Positions 1-10,474 of a DNA stretch of 64,000 nucleotides are shown here, one piece after another (positions within the stretch are counted from its first letter, which is position 1; every line of letters starts with the position of its first letter). The DNA lies in NCBI GenBank assembly GCA_963758525.1, contig CAVWVQ010000003.1:4896001-4960000 (forward strand). Direction: 5' to 3'. Under the pieces are notes generated by a model. It was not told the origin of the DNA and ran no database searches. It saw only the letters and a list, made by a program, of their open reading frames with translations. The position numbers were made by a program, and so were the translations under genes. Source of the stretch: an uncultured Phycisphaerales bacterium. Lineage in GTDB: Bacteria; Planctomycetota; Phycisphaerae; Tepidisphaerales; Tepidisphaeraceae.

Positions 1-441
1 CGGCGGGGGTGAGGCGCCGGCGACGAGTTTGAACGGACCTTCGACAGTGGGCGCCGCAATGGCGAGGCCTGACCATTTGAGCGACCCCTCCGGCCAATAA
101 GCCAGCGGCCAAGTTTGGGTTGCAATGGCTCGGCCATCCGCAGTTTCCACGTGAAGCTGCTGATCTTTCGGCGTCGCTCCCTCGCGCGGCCACGGGACAC
201 CCCAACTCACGCCCGATGGCGTGAGCGGAGGAGCATCTCCGAGCCATCGCAGATTGATCGCATTGTTCGGACTGGTCGCAGGCGCGCTCGGCGTGGCAGA
301 ACCTGGAGCGACGCCCGGAGGAGGCGCGTCGGCGGCGATCGCGCGCTCGCCCAGTCCGCAGATTGAGAGGCCCACGCCGCTGAGGGTGGCATCGCGCAGG
401 AACTGGCGGCGGGATCTTTCGTTGTTCGAGCCTGAGCTCAT
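1..441 (-). CDS. Tat-exported exo-rhamnogalacturonan lyase-like (YetA/PcRGLX-like) protein, N-terminal part, runs off window
   Basis: Manual translation MSSGSNNERSRRQFLRDATL...GVSWGVPWP...TQTWPLAYWPEGSLKWSG; twin-arginine motif; ATG overlaps the upstream gene's TGA. Confidence 0.65.
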   Translation of the reverse strand, partial: MSSGSNNERSRRQFLRDATLSGVGLSICGLGERAIAADAPPPGVAPGSATPSAPATSPNNAINLRWLGDAPPLTPSGVSWGVPWPREGATPKDQQLHVETADGRAIATQTWPLAYWPEGSLKWSGLAIAAPTVEGPFKLVAGASPPP

Positions 442-3400
442 TGCATCACCGTCACTCCCATGAGTCCAACGACGACTTCTTCCGACAGCGTTTCCAGTGT
501 CACGCTTTTCAGAGGGACGCCAGGACGCAAGTGCCATCCGAGCGCGATAGCGCGGCAATTCTGACCCAGTTGGACAGTGGTGGGGGGTATCTTCGGAAGA
601 GAGAACGCATCGCGGTTGTAATCGTAATCGTTGCCGCTCAGGGGGCAGAGCGTCCAAAAGTTGAAGGGGGGAACGATCTCCATTTTTTCGACCACGCCAT
701 CGGCATAGGTCATGCGCAGCTCGGCGTTGGGGATGCGGACTTCCATCGGATTGGTCGTGCCGCAGAGAAGAAACCACGCCGCGGTACCAGTTTTATTAAC
801 AGGGATCTCCACCTGCTTCGGCCAATTGTCCCAGCGGGAGGTGAAGGCGATGTTTTTGCCGGGATCGGGTGTGCGGAAGGGAACGCCCTTGCCCGCGAGA
901 ATATTTCCATGGCCATCCGAGAGCGACGCGACGAGGTCGAGAGTGACTTTGGGGGTATGCAGCTCTGATCCAAGGGACATTTGCCAGGTGGAATATCCGT
1001 CGGTCGCCAGACGCAGCGAACAAGTATTGGGGCGAGGGGAAACGTATTGTTGTTGGTAGATGGTGCGAATGTCACCGTTCATCTGCGGCTGCATGTCGAC
1101 CTGATCGAATCGTGCGCCCGCGGGTACATCGACTTCGGTTTTCGCGGCCAATTCAGTATCAGCCTTTACGTCGGTGACATGAATCTTGAACATCCGCCAC
1201 TGCTGCGCAGCCCCGACGGTGGCAAGGCCAAATACAACATGATCTCCCGCGTTGGTACTGAGTGTTGCGGTGATCGTTCCCTTTTCAATCTTCGCATTCT
1301 GCAGCACGCCCTGGGGATCGTGGAAATCGGTGAGCGTTGCGTCGTCGGCCGAGAGCGTTACCGGCTCTCCCACCGCTCCCGATAGATGAACCGCTGGGAA
1401 AGTCTTCAGCGTATCGTGCGTGGTGATCGCGATATCGGCGGCGCTCCCCACAGGAACCTCCACCTTCACAATACTTCGGCCAAAGCCTGGAACAAGCTCC
1501 CATTTGACGGGGGCTCCATTGACGGTGACCGCATCGACAGCAGTGCTCGACACCGGCAATTGCACATCCATGGCGCATGGTTTCGCCAGGGTGATTTTGC
1601 AGCTCGAATTCGTTCCCTTGATGCGATAGGCGATCGACATGTCCGGCGTCGTGATCGAGGCATGATCCCAATCGCTCGGGAATTGCGGCGCAACCTTCAC
1701 GATGCCATTGGGATAATCCGGCGTATAACCGAAGAGCCCCTCCACGACGGTCCTTGCAAACATGCTGTTGCAATCGTTGAAATCAGTCCCGCCAGCCGGG
1801 TGTCCCATATCGCCCGGGACGGGGCCAAACAGCTCCTGCTGGGGGAACATTCCGCGGAAGACTTTCCAGCCATCGTCCGGCAGGCCGGTCTGAAAGTAGG
1901 CCAGCGCCAACTGATAATCATCCCCCGACCACATCTCACGCACGGACCAGATCGACGGCACCCAGTTGGAGGGCCAGCACTGTTCGCCGCCATAGGGCAT
2001 GGGCATGCGCTCCAGCGCCCATTCCGTGTATTGCAACGCCTCGGCCGATTGCTCGGTTGTGAGCAGACCCGCGTCAATCGGGCAAAAGATCGCATAGAGC
2101 CATCCGCTCTCGTGAAGACGTTTCAGGCCGTATTGTTCGCGGTAGGCGCCGGGGTGTCCCTTGTCGCGACTCCAGAGCAGATCGAAGAAGCCTTTGCGGA
2201 TGCGCTCGACCGCGGCGGAGTGCAGTTGAATGCCTTGCTGGTCTCCTGCGCCGTGCGAGTTGCAGCGCGGTCAGCTCAGCACGATAGGCATAGGCAGTTT
2301 CCTCGGAAGTGCCGCCGCCATTGTAAAACTGGTCGTCCGTGGGCCAGGTGTTGGCATAGCTTTCATAGATGCCCAATCCAGCGGGATCGAAGCAGTCCTT
2401 GATGTATTCGCAATCCAGATCGAGCGATGGCTTGAGCAGTTTTTCCAGATCCGGATCCCCGGTCCAGCGCCACGCATGCTCGATCTGATCGAAAAACTGG
2501 CTCTGCATGTCGTAGTGGTGCGGATCGTCGAAATCGATCCGTCCTTTTCCAAACATGCGAGATTGGGGCGCCTGGCTGCTGAGCCGGGCTTTCGGATCCG
2601 CCACGGCGGTCGTGTAGTCGGAGTGGGTTATCTGCTTGCTGATGAACAGGGCGGCATCGTCCTTGACCAGGTCATGCCAGCCGAAGACTGTTCCGCCAAA
2701 CACGGTGCGCCACCCCAGCAACGCTGTCGCCCATCGCATGCCGGAGTGGGTGTAGACTCCATCCCGATAACAGGCATCGACGACGATGGAGGACGCGCCA
2801 ACGCCGGCGTTCAGCCAGGGATCTGGCGTATCGACCACGACTCGGTTTTGAATGGACAATTCTCGTTTCATCCCCGCCGCGAACACATCGGAGGGCGATC
2901 CGCCCCCGACAACATCTGGGCCGAGCAGGCTCCAGTAGATGTCCTGATCCGATCCGATGGGAACCCCCCCGCACGCAATCGGCTGCTCCGTTCCATGACT
3001 CGCTAACAGCGCGGCGGGATCTTCCCAGCTTCCGGCATCGCCGATCACGATCTGCGTAGGCGCGCTGCATCGACCTGCTGCCATCGGCGAATGAGCGTGG
3101 TTCGCCGCCTGAACGGTCCACCGATCGCCAGATGTCTTTACCGCATTGTTTTTGCAGTCGTCGGGAACGAATCCGCGTTTTTCGAGTCCGCTTTTGAGGC
3201 TGGTTTGGTCATACACCCAAAGGATGCTGGATTTCTGCTTGGTCGCGGCGCCACTGGCCCATGCCAGCGTATCGCCGGGTTGCGCGTTATCCACGCGCAC
3301 ATGCGCAGCCATGCCGGCGCCCTCGCGCTGGGCACGATCTCCAAATGGACGGTCGTGGCTCCCCACGCCCGATCCCCGACGATCCATTCCATCCTTCCGG

Positions 3401-3743
3401 GGCGATATTTCGAGGTTATATCGGTGGCATTCTGCAGCCAGGTTCCCCGGCCGTTTCTGATCAGAGCAAACATCAGGTTCCCGAAGATGTCCGCCTGCTC
3501 TCCGACCATGGCGCACGGCTTATCGCCGGCGAGCACGATGGCATAAAGATGATTGCAATACAGTGGTCGGTTGGAGTACCGCTCGCCGTTGTGCCGAACA
3601 AAGGCGTCTTGCTCCACAGTGTAGAGCGGCGTGACCATCGTTTTGAGATCGATCCTTCCCTGCTTGCCGGCAAGAGCTGTCGTCGCAATGAGGGTGAGCA
3701 CGGCGAGATTTCCGACGATGGAGACTTTGTACCGTTGGTTCAT
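438..3743 (-). CDS. DUF4450-like large exported glycoside hydrolase-like protein, split by two probable frameshifts
   Basis: Three consecutive ORF segments (3138-3764, 2074-3516, 438-2036) read as one protein: signal peptide, NRPLY motif, YDMQSQFFDQ, C-terminal LETLSEEVVVGLMGVT. Confidence 0.65.
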
Positions 3744-3945
3744 ATTGTTTAGGCTAGAATTCAATCATATCGCCGAACCGACAAAACGTTTTAGACGTCA
3801 AGTGAAAGTTTTGTCACTCAGAAGAAGCGCGGACGCCGTTTCGTTCGCGACGACCAGAAGGCGATCTGTCCTCAATGCCGCAGTCCCGCGAACTGCAGAT
3901 TTTCGGGTGTAACTTTTATTTGTGGCGATTGCAGATTTTGCGATC

Positions 3946-4013
3946 GTAGGGCGGGATTCATCCCGCCGTTTTCTCAGCCGGCCAACAAATCGGCGGGATG
4001 AATCCCGCCCTAC
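3946..4013. repeat. GTAG-type REP doublet (REPIN-like)
   Basis: GTAGGGCGGGATTCATCCCGCC ... GGCGGGATGAATCCCGCCCTAC; same family at 48837-48904. Confidence 0.85.
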
Positions 4014-4134
4014 TCGGAGCCGATTGCCACTTTCGAGCGCCACACCCAGATTTTCAGAACTGCAGATTTTCAGTTTACATCAATGTTTGATTCCCTAATA
4101 TGGCCGTTCCGGCACTGGCGGCCGCGGAAGCGTA

Positions 4135-4968
4135 ATGCAGATCAATGGTCACGACATTGCCGTCTGCAGTTGGTCGCTCCAGCCGCGCAGCATCGAAGAT
4201 TTGCTTGATCGCGTTCGATTGCTGCAATTGAGCCATGTGCAGCTCGCCCTCGCCCCGCTGATTACAATGGACGATGACGCCAGAAAGCGGGCGATCGCGA
4301 CGTTGCGCGATTCGATGCTCCAATTCACCGGTGGCATGATCAGCTTTGACGGGGAGGACTATTCGAGCATCGACTCGATTCGCCGTACCGGTGGTTTCGT
4401 ACCCGACGATTTGTGGCCCGCGCGGCGTCAGCGGGTGGCCGCCGCCGCTCGTGTTGCCCGCGAATTGAAGCTGCCGAGCGTGACGACGCATATTGGTTTC
4501 GTGCCATCGAGCAGTCGAGCAGAGCACCGATTGATGGCCGATCGCGTTCGCGAAGCGGCTGAGATGCTGGCCGCATCCGACGTTCGGCTGCTGCTTGAAA
4601 CTGGCCAGGAGCCGGCCCATGAACTGCGGGAATTTCTTGAAGAACTTCACTCCCCAACCGTCGGCATTAATTTCGACCCGGCAAATATGATCCTTTACGG
4701 CGCCGGTGATCCGATCACGGCGGTCGGCGCGCTTGGTCAACGGATCGGCCATGTTCATATCAAAGACGCCGTCGCCTCTCGCGAGCCCGGCCAGCAGTGG
4801 GGGGATGAAGTGCCGTTCGGAACCGGTCAGGTCGATCCCCGTCGTTTCCTCAACGCGTTGAAAGCGACAGGCTATGACGGCCCTCTGGCGATCGAACGTG
4901 AAGCCGGTACTCAGCGCCTCGCGGATGTACGAACCGCGGTAGCTGCGCTCCGTCAGGCGGCAAGCTGA
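4135..4968 (+). CDS. Sugar phosphate isomerase/epimerase (xylose isomerase-like TIM barrel)
   Basis: LLETGQE, NFDPANM, HVHIKDA, GYDGPLAIERE metal-binding motifs. Confidence 0.85.
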   Translation: MQINGHDIAVCSWSLQPRSIEDLLDRVRLLQLSHVQLALAPLITMDDDARKRAIATLRDSMLQFTGGMISFDGEDYSSIDSIRRTGGFVPDDLWPARRQRVAAAARVARELKLPSVTTHIGFVPSSSRAEHRLMADRVREAAEMLAASDVRLLLETGQEPAHELREFLEELHSPTVGINFDPANMILYGAGDPITAVGALGQRIGHVHIKDAVASREPGQQWGDEVPFGTGQVDPRRFLNALKATGYDGPLAIEREAGTQRLADVRTAVAALRQAAS

Positions 4969-5137
4969 CACGAGCAACCGATGAGTGACCTTCCCGTTGT
5001 CGATTACGTGTCAGAAGGGGCCAGAGGGCGCCAGCACGCCACCACGGCTTTGCTTTGCGGTTTTTGATCGCCGAGATAGAATTCGTTGTTTTACATCTGC
5101 TCGTAAGCGGGCCATGTCGATCGCAGGAGATGCTTCC

Positions 5138-6052
5138 ATGCCAGTTCGCCGAGTTCTCCACCTCTCGGGCATGTTGGGGATTTTTCTCCTGTACGGAATT
5201 GCAATTGCCAGACCCAAAAAAGCGGCGAAGACCCCCGAGCCGGCGCCGGGCAATGCGGCTGCGGTGGTGGAACTGCCCGCGGACATCAACGACGCGAGCC
5301 TCCGCGTCAACGCACTCGACACCATCTACGAGTTTGATCTGTCGATCGAGCAACTGAACGCCCTGCGTTTAGCGGCGTCTGGGACGTCCGCCGAAAAAAC
5401 GCGGTCGCCCGCGAAGACCACCCCGCAGTTCGTTGCCGCACTGAAAAATCTTTACGCCGCACTGCTTGACGGCAAGGACGATCGTCAAATTGCCAGCCTG
5501 CGGAATGATCTGCTGGGGATGATGGACGGCACGGCAGTTCAGTTGGACGACGATCTGACGGTTACGGCGTCCGCCAGGGCAAAATCCCCGGCCCTTTGCC
5601 AGAAGCTCAAAGCGAGTCAATTCGCGGCCTATCTGGCAACTCACGCGGATGAAGTCAGCGATCCGGAAGAACTGATGATGAGCACGGCGGACGAACTGCA
5701 GGAAGCTGCTTCCGACCCCGACGAGAAACCCGACACCGGCGACGTCGCCACCGACGCGACGATTCATGACAGCGCGTTCACCGTCGGCTACCTGGTTGCC
5801 GGGGCGGACGAATCCAAAGCGCAGTCGGTTGCCCAGCAGGTGACGACCTGGCTTGCCAACGTCCGGAAAATGACGAACGCGGATTTTTTGAAGCAGCGGC
5901 AATCACTTGAAGATTCGGCAAAGAAAATTGTCGCAGACGCTGGCCCCGTGGTCGTGTTGAACAATTGGCTGGAGCGGCAGATTGCCTTAATGCTCTCTAA
6001 TCCGCAACTTCCCGAGGCGATCGATGCGATGTTGAACGCACGTACGCACTAG
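5138..6052 (+). CDS. Hypothetical exported helical protein
   Basis: Signal-peptide-like N-terminus from ATG 5138; stop codon TAG formed at the MITE junction. Confidence 0.6.
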   Translation: MPVRRVLHLSGMLGIFLLYGIAIARPKKAAKTPEPAPGNAAAVVELPADINDASLRVNALDTIYEFDLSIEQLNALRLAASGTSAEKTRSPAKTTPQFVAALKNLYAALLDGKDDRQIASLRNDLLGMMDGTAVQLDDDLTVTASARAKSPALCQKLKASQFAAYLATHADEVSDPEELMMSTADELQEAASDPDEKPDTGDVATDATIHDSAFTVGYLVAGADESKAQSVAQQVTTWLANVRKMTNADFLKQRQSLEDSAKKIVADAGPVVVLNNWLERQIALMLSNPQLPEAIDAMLNARTH

Positions 6053-6318
6053 GCTCTGTCTGAAAACCCTAAGCCCTCGCGATGGGCCGGATTCGATTCG
6101 ACTGCGAGGCGTCGCCCCGCAGTCCGGCTCCGTAGAGCCATCAAGGGGCGGCAACGAAGCAGGCGGATCGAATCCGGCCCACCGGAGGCGGCTCAGAATG
6201 GCTTCGTCCGCGTCGTTGCCCCGGCTCAAAGGGTCTACGGACCCTGATGTCGCCAGGGCGCGTAGCGGCCAAAGCCATTCTGAGCCGTCGTGAGGACTTA
6301 GGGTTTTCAGACAGAGCC
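6052..6318. mobile_element. MITE copy 1 (~267 bp), terminal inverted repeats GGCTCTGTCTGAAAACCCTAAG, flanked by TA
   Basis: TIRs at both ends, TA on each side, near-identical copy at 44007-44272. Confidence 0.85.
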
Positions 6319-6345
6319 TAACGCTAAACAAGGCGATCCAGACGG

Positions 6346-6981
6346 ATGAATAACACGGGCAAACAACTTCAACTGATGACCAACCGCTTCCTTCCACTCC
6401 GAAGATTTATCCGTCCGATCGCAAGCGCTGTCGCCCTGATGGCGGTGGCGCAACTCCAGCCGCTGAGTCGAACATTCGCGGCGGCCATTCATGCCCCCGC
6501 TCCCAGTGCGGTAAAGCCCCATCTTGTCCATGCCAACACGCACATCAATCCGCACTTAAAGGGAGTTGACCCTCCCATACACGAATCTCGCGAACATGAG
6601 TGGCGTGGATCCCGCGAGCATGAATGGCGTGAGTCCCGCGAGCATGAATGGCTCGAGCACCATCACGCGTGGCATCACTGGTGGTACTACCATCCGTGGA
6701 TCGCTGTTCATCGCGGGCTGGGAACCATCCGCGGATTTGTACATTCGAGTTCCGGCGCTCCGATGCAGGGCGTGCATGTTGTCCTGCGAAAGCCGGGAGG
6801 TCGAATATTTGTGCGATACGCGATGAAGCATATCACTTCGACAGATGCAGGCGGAAACTTCGTCATGGCCGGGGTTCGCGCCGGCGGCTACCGCGTCCTT
6901 GCCAGCCGCGGCAGGGCGAAAGGCCACGTTCAGGTGGGCGTTCAACCCGGAAGCGTGGCAACGGTGAGCGTCAGGATTTAG
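6346..6981 (+). CDS. Exported protein with His/Trp-rich SREHEW repeats and C-terminal carboxypeptidase-regulatory-like (transthyretin-fold) domain
   Basis: GTIRGFV...TDAGGNFVMAGVRAGGYRVLAS; 21-bp tandem repeats near 6588-6652; start uncertain. Confidence 0.65.
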   Translation: MNNTGKQLQLMTNRFLPLRRFIRPIASAVALMAVAQLQPLSRTFAAAIHAPAPSAVKPHLVHANTHINPHLKGVDPPIHESREHEWRGSREHEWRESREHEWLEHHHAWHHWWYYHPWIAVHRGLGTIRGFVHSSSGAPMQGVHVVLRKPGGRIFVRYAMKHITSTDAGGNFVMAGVRAGGYRVLASRGRAKGHVQVGVQPGSVATVSVRI

Positions 6982-6997
6982 CAGGGCTCTTTTGACA

Positions 6998-8242
6998 TCA
7001 GCCCACCGACAGTGCAGCGGGCGGTGATGATCGACACAGCCCTATGCGCTGAGCCGTGAAATCGGGGAACACTTTAGAAACTTGCGCTCCCGACGTCGTG
7101 TGTGAGAGCACCTCCGCGAGCACCGAGCGGTAATCGAACCGCACTTCCATGCCGCCCGGCCCTGGCAGGCTGGGCTCCTCTTTCAGTCCGGGCCAGTCGC
7201 CGTGGATGGTGCCGCCGTTGATTTGTTCGCCGAGCGCGAAAAAGGCGAAGCCGCGGCCGTGGTCGGTGCCGGCGGAGCCGTTTTCGTACAGACGCCTGCC
7301 GAACTCTGTCATCACGATCGTGGTCACACGGTCGCGATATCCAACCAAGTCTGCGTCGAATGCGGCCAGGCCGCGCGCGAGTGATTCGATTGGGCCGGCT
7401 TGTCCACCGACGGGCGCGCCCTGGAAGAAATGGGTATCCCAGCCACCGAGATCGATGCAGGCCACTTCCAGCCCGAGACCGGCTTTGACGATCCGCGCAA
7501 TCTCGCGCAGAGATGGCCCGAAGCCGTCGTCGGCGTATGCCGCGCCGGCGCGGGGAGCGTAGGGCTTGCCGCGCAATGTCTCGACGCGCGACAGGAGCCG
7601 CAACGTTTGCTCGCCCTGATCGGCGAGCAGTCCGACCTCGGTCGCATAAAGATCGGAGAGCGCTTTGGCGATGACGCTTGCCTGGCCGCTGGAGCGGGGA
7701 AGTTGGATCTCGTCCAACGAGTGAAACGCGCTGGCGGCTGGCGCTCCTCGCAATGACTCTGGAAGGGCGGCTCCGATCGCAACAGCCGAGAGCGCGCCGG
7801 ATGCCACTGCGGGCTGCACGCGGGCGCGGAGATGCCGGCCCAGCCAGCCGCCGCCGAGGCTGCGTCCGTAGGCTTCGCCGTGGTCGACTTGATCCTGCGC
7901 GTCAAAATGCGAGCCGGTGGGGTTGTCGGAGCCAACTGCCTGCACGAAACCGAGCCGGCCTTCCTGGAAGACGGGGAGCAGCGGTTTGAGCTTTGGGTGC
8001 AGTGCATAGAAATCGTTCAATTGAATCGCGGAGTTTTGCGATGCAGACGGGCGCGGAATCGACAGCGTTGGACGGTTGCGGTAATAGTCGTCGTCGCCGT
8101 ATGGCACGAGCATGTTGAGCGTATCGGCGCCGCCGCGGAGAAAGATGCAAACGAGGGTTTTCGCGCCGGAATCGGGAACGGCAGGGGGCTGGGCGAAGAT
8201 GAGATTGCGGAGAAAGCCTCTCCGCGATGTGGCATCAGGCAT
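6998..8242 (-). CDS. DUF1501 domain protein
   Basis: SRRGFL Tat-like start; FLRGGAD, GGWDTH, TEFGRR, GTDHG motifs. Confidence 0.85.
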   Translation of the reverse strand: MPDATSRRGFLRNLIFAQPPAVPDSGAKTLVCIFLRGGADTLNMLVPYGDDDYYRNRPTLSIPRPSASQNSAIQLNDFYALHPKLKPLLPVFQEGRLGFVQAVGSDNPTGSHFDAQDQVDHGEAYGRSLGGGWLGRHLRARVQPAVASGALSAVAIGAALPESLRGAPAASAFHSLDEIQLPRSSGQASVIAKALSDLYATEVGLLADQGEQTLRLLSRVETLRGKPYAPRAGAAYADDGFGPSLREIARIVKAGLGLEVACIDLGGWDTHFFQGAPVGGQAGPIESLARGLAAFDADLVGYRDRVTTIVMTEFGRRLYENGSAGTDHGRGFAFFALGEQINGGTIHGDWPGLKEEPSLPGPGGMEVRFDYRSVLAEVLSHTTSGAQVSKVFPDFTAQRIGLCRSSPPAALSVG

Positions 8243-8245
8243 CGC

Positions 8246-9730
8246 TCAACACCTTTGAAACGCCGGCGAGGACAGGATCAGCGCCGCCACGTCCCTGGAA
8301 TCGTTGACGGCGGCAAGAGCTTCCAACTGCCGATCGTTGGGATCATGGCCGTTCAAATGCCGAAACAACTGCCTGGATGCGGTTGCCTGCGTAGCTCCGA
8401 TCGCCGTCAGCAGTTTGTCCACCGAAGCCGTGACCGACGGAACGCTGTTTGAGGAAAGTGCGAACGCCAGGTTCCATCGCCACAGTAGAGTCGCCAGGAG
8501 CGGCGCGGCTTTGTCGGGGTAGCCGTCGGGCGTTGGATACTGGAAGACGCCCTGCCCCATCCGCACGAGATACTCAATCAGCGGATCGTGCGCGAAAGTG
8601 TCGGCCCCGACGGCGCACAATGTGCTGACGACAAGCCGAAACGGGGATTTGAATTTGCTGCCGCGTGAAGCGGCAAATTCCTCTGAATCCAGAACCGACC
8701 GGACCGTGCAGCGGATGTCGCCATCGGATCGTGTAAACGTTTCCGCGACCCGCGCCACCAGCTTCGGCGGGGGATCATCCGAAACGAACCTCCGGACGAG
8801 TTTTGTTGCGATGTGCCGGGCGGTCGATGGATGATGAGTGACGATGTCAATCAGTTGCTCGATGTCCCGCGCAGGATCTTTGTTGTCGATCAATTGTCCC
8901 AGGACACGTTTTGCGCCGTGATCGTGAATTGCCGGATCGAAAAAGACCGTTCCCTTGCGAAAGCCGGTGCGGACGTGCCAGCCGGTCAGGCAGCGCGCCG
9001 CTTCGAAGACATCCTGCTGCGTGTAGCCGCCGTCGATTCCGAGCGTGTGCAGCTCCATGAGCTCGCGTCCGTAATTTTCATTGGGGATATCCTTCGGCGA
9101 CGCTCGGCGGTTCTGATTGCCGTCCAGGTAAACCAGCATCGCCGGCGACGTTGCGGAGGCGCGGATCAGGTCGCGGAATTTGCCCAGCGCGTGGCGGCGA
9201 ATCACTTCCCGGTCGTCCGCCGGCTTGAGATAGATGCAGTCCCCTTTTTCGATGTTGATGTTCAGGTGATCGGTCCAGAAGCCGACCATCACCTCGAAGA
9301 GCTGCCGCTTGCTGTAGAGCGCGCGCAGCAGCGCGTGCCGGGCCATGTCACGGCGCAGAATGGGTTTGTCATACTCGAAGCATTCGCCGGCGGGCTGCTC
9401 AAGCTCCTCGAATCGGCGGGCGCGAAGGTCACAGAGATGATCCTCGATCGAGTCAGGCTGAAGCTGCTGTTCGATCCAGGCAGCCTGTCCCATTTTCCGG
9501 ACATCATCGACGTCTCCGGGCCATGGGCCAAACGCCGCGCGGTTCAGCAGATGATGAATCGGATCAATCTGCGCGCCCGACGGAGGTGAAATTGAGTCGG
9601 GAAGCTTCTCGCCGAGTTCCGCGGTCGCCCGGCTGATGAGTTTCTCGCAGCCGCCCATTGACGCAGTAAGCGCCGCGCCGCTGGCGGCCAGCAGGGCGTC
9701 GCGTCGCGAGAGTGGAAAATCGAGTTTCAT
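8246..9730 (-). CDS. DUF1800 domain protein
   Basis: SRRDAL Tat-like start; FWTDH, AMLVYLD, PNENYGRELMELHTLG motifs; adjacent to DUF1501. Confidence 0.85.
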   Translation of the reverse strand: MKLDFPLSRRDALLAASGAALTASMGGCEKLISRATAELGEKLPDSISPPSGAQIDPIHHLLNRAAFGPWPGDVDDVRKMGQAAWIEQQLQPDSIEDHLCDLRARRFEELEQPAGECFEYDKPILRRDMARHALLRALYSKRQLFEVMVGFWTDHLNINIEKGDCIYLKPADDREVIRRHALGKFRDLIRASATSPAMLVYLDGNQNRRASPKDIPNENYGRELMELHTLGIDGGYTQQDVFEAARCLTGWHVRTGFRKGTVFFDPAIHDHGAKRVLGQLIDNKDPARDIEQLIDIVTHHPSTARHIATKLVRRFVSDDPPPKLVARVAETFTRSDGDIRCTVRSVLDSEEFAASRGSKFKSPFRLVVSTLCAVGADTFAHDPLIEYLVRMGQGVFQYPTPDGYPDKAAPLLATLLWRWNLAFALSSNSVPSVTASVDKLLTAIGATQATASRQLFRHLNGHDPNDRQLEALAAVNDSRDVAALILSSPAFQRC

Positions 9731-10226
9731 GGATTCACGGGCGTCACTTCGGGAATCGCGAAAAAAGCGAGTGTGTTCGCCCCCGCTCCAAGAATCAACG
9801 AAATCGGCAGCAATCCGAGCCACCCCACAATCGGGACAAGATATGCCAGTTCAAGCGCCACGCCGCCGCGCACGGTGGCGCGCCAGGGCGCTGCGAGTCG
9901 GCCGGTGATGGGAGGCGCTGGCCGATATGGGTCGCGAGCCCCGCGACGCCCACATTCGCATAGACGACGAACGCCGAGCCCAGCGCAAAGGCGAAGAATT
10001 GTCCCGGCGCTCCGCCGCGCTTGGCGGTCACGATCGCGAGGATGATCACCAGGAAAATGATCAGCAGTCCGAGCAAAAAGCTCGCCGTGCTGTTGCGGTG
10101 AACCCGCTGACAGGCGTTCGCCACCCGCGCGGGCCACAGCGCCCGGCTGATCATCCACAGGCCCTGAAGCGATAATAAAAAACCAATGATTGACAACGCA
10201 ATCGAGAAGATATCGGCAAGCAACAT
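9727..10226 (-). CDS. Hypothetical multi-pass membrane protein, probable frameshift near 9880
   Basis: MLLADIFSIALSIIG... hydrophobic helices continue as ...LVPIVGWLGLLP in another frame; stop overlaps the DUF1800 start. Confidence 0.6.
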
Positions 10227-10474
10227 GGATGTGCCCTTGACGGAGGTTGCGGTTCTGACTCGCTTTACGCAACGCGAGAGAGCCGCGCATCCACCGCAGT
10301 GTATGCATCCCCGTGCGTTGACAACAGAACTTTCTTCATTTTTCCGCGAGGCGCACGGCCCGGTTCCCACTAGACTCGACTCGCGGAGTTGAGCCTGTAT
10401 ACTTCTGGCCAACCAACCCAAGAACTCGCTCATCCAACTTATCTCTCGTTTTTCCTCGCTACGAAAGTTTGCGC

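Noticed and set aside
6588..6652. Tandem 21-bp repeats as a CRISPR array
   Set aside because: No spacers, repeats are in-frame coding sequence, and no cas genes are in the window
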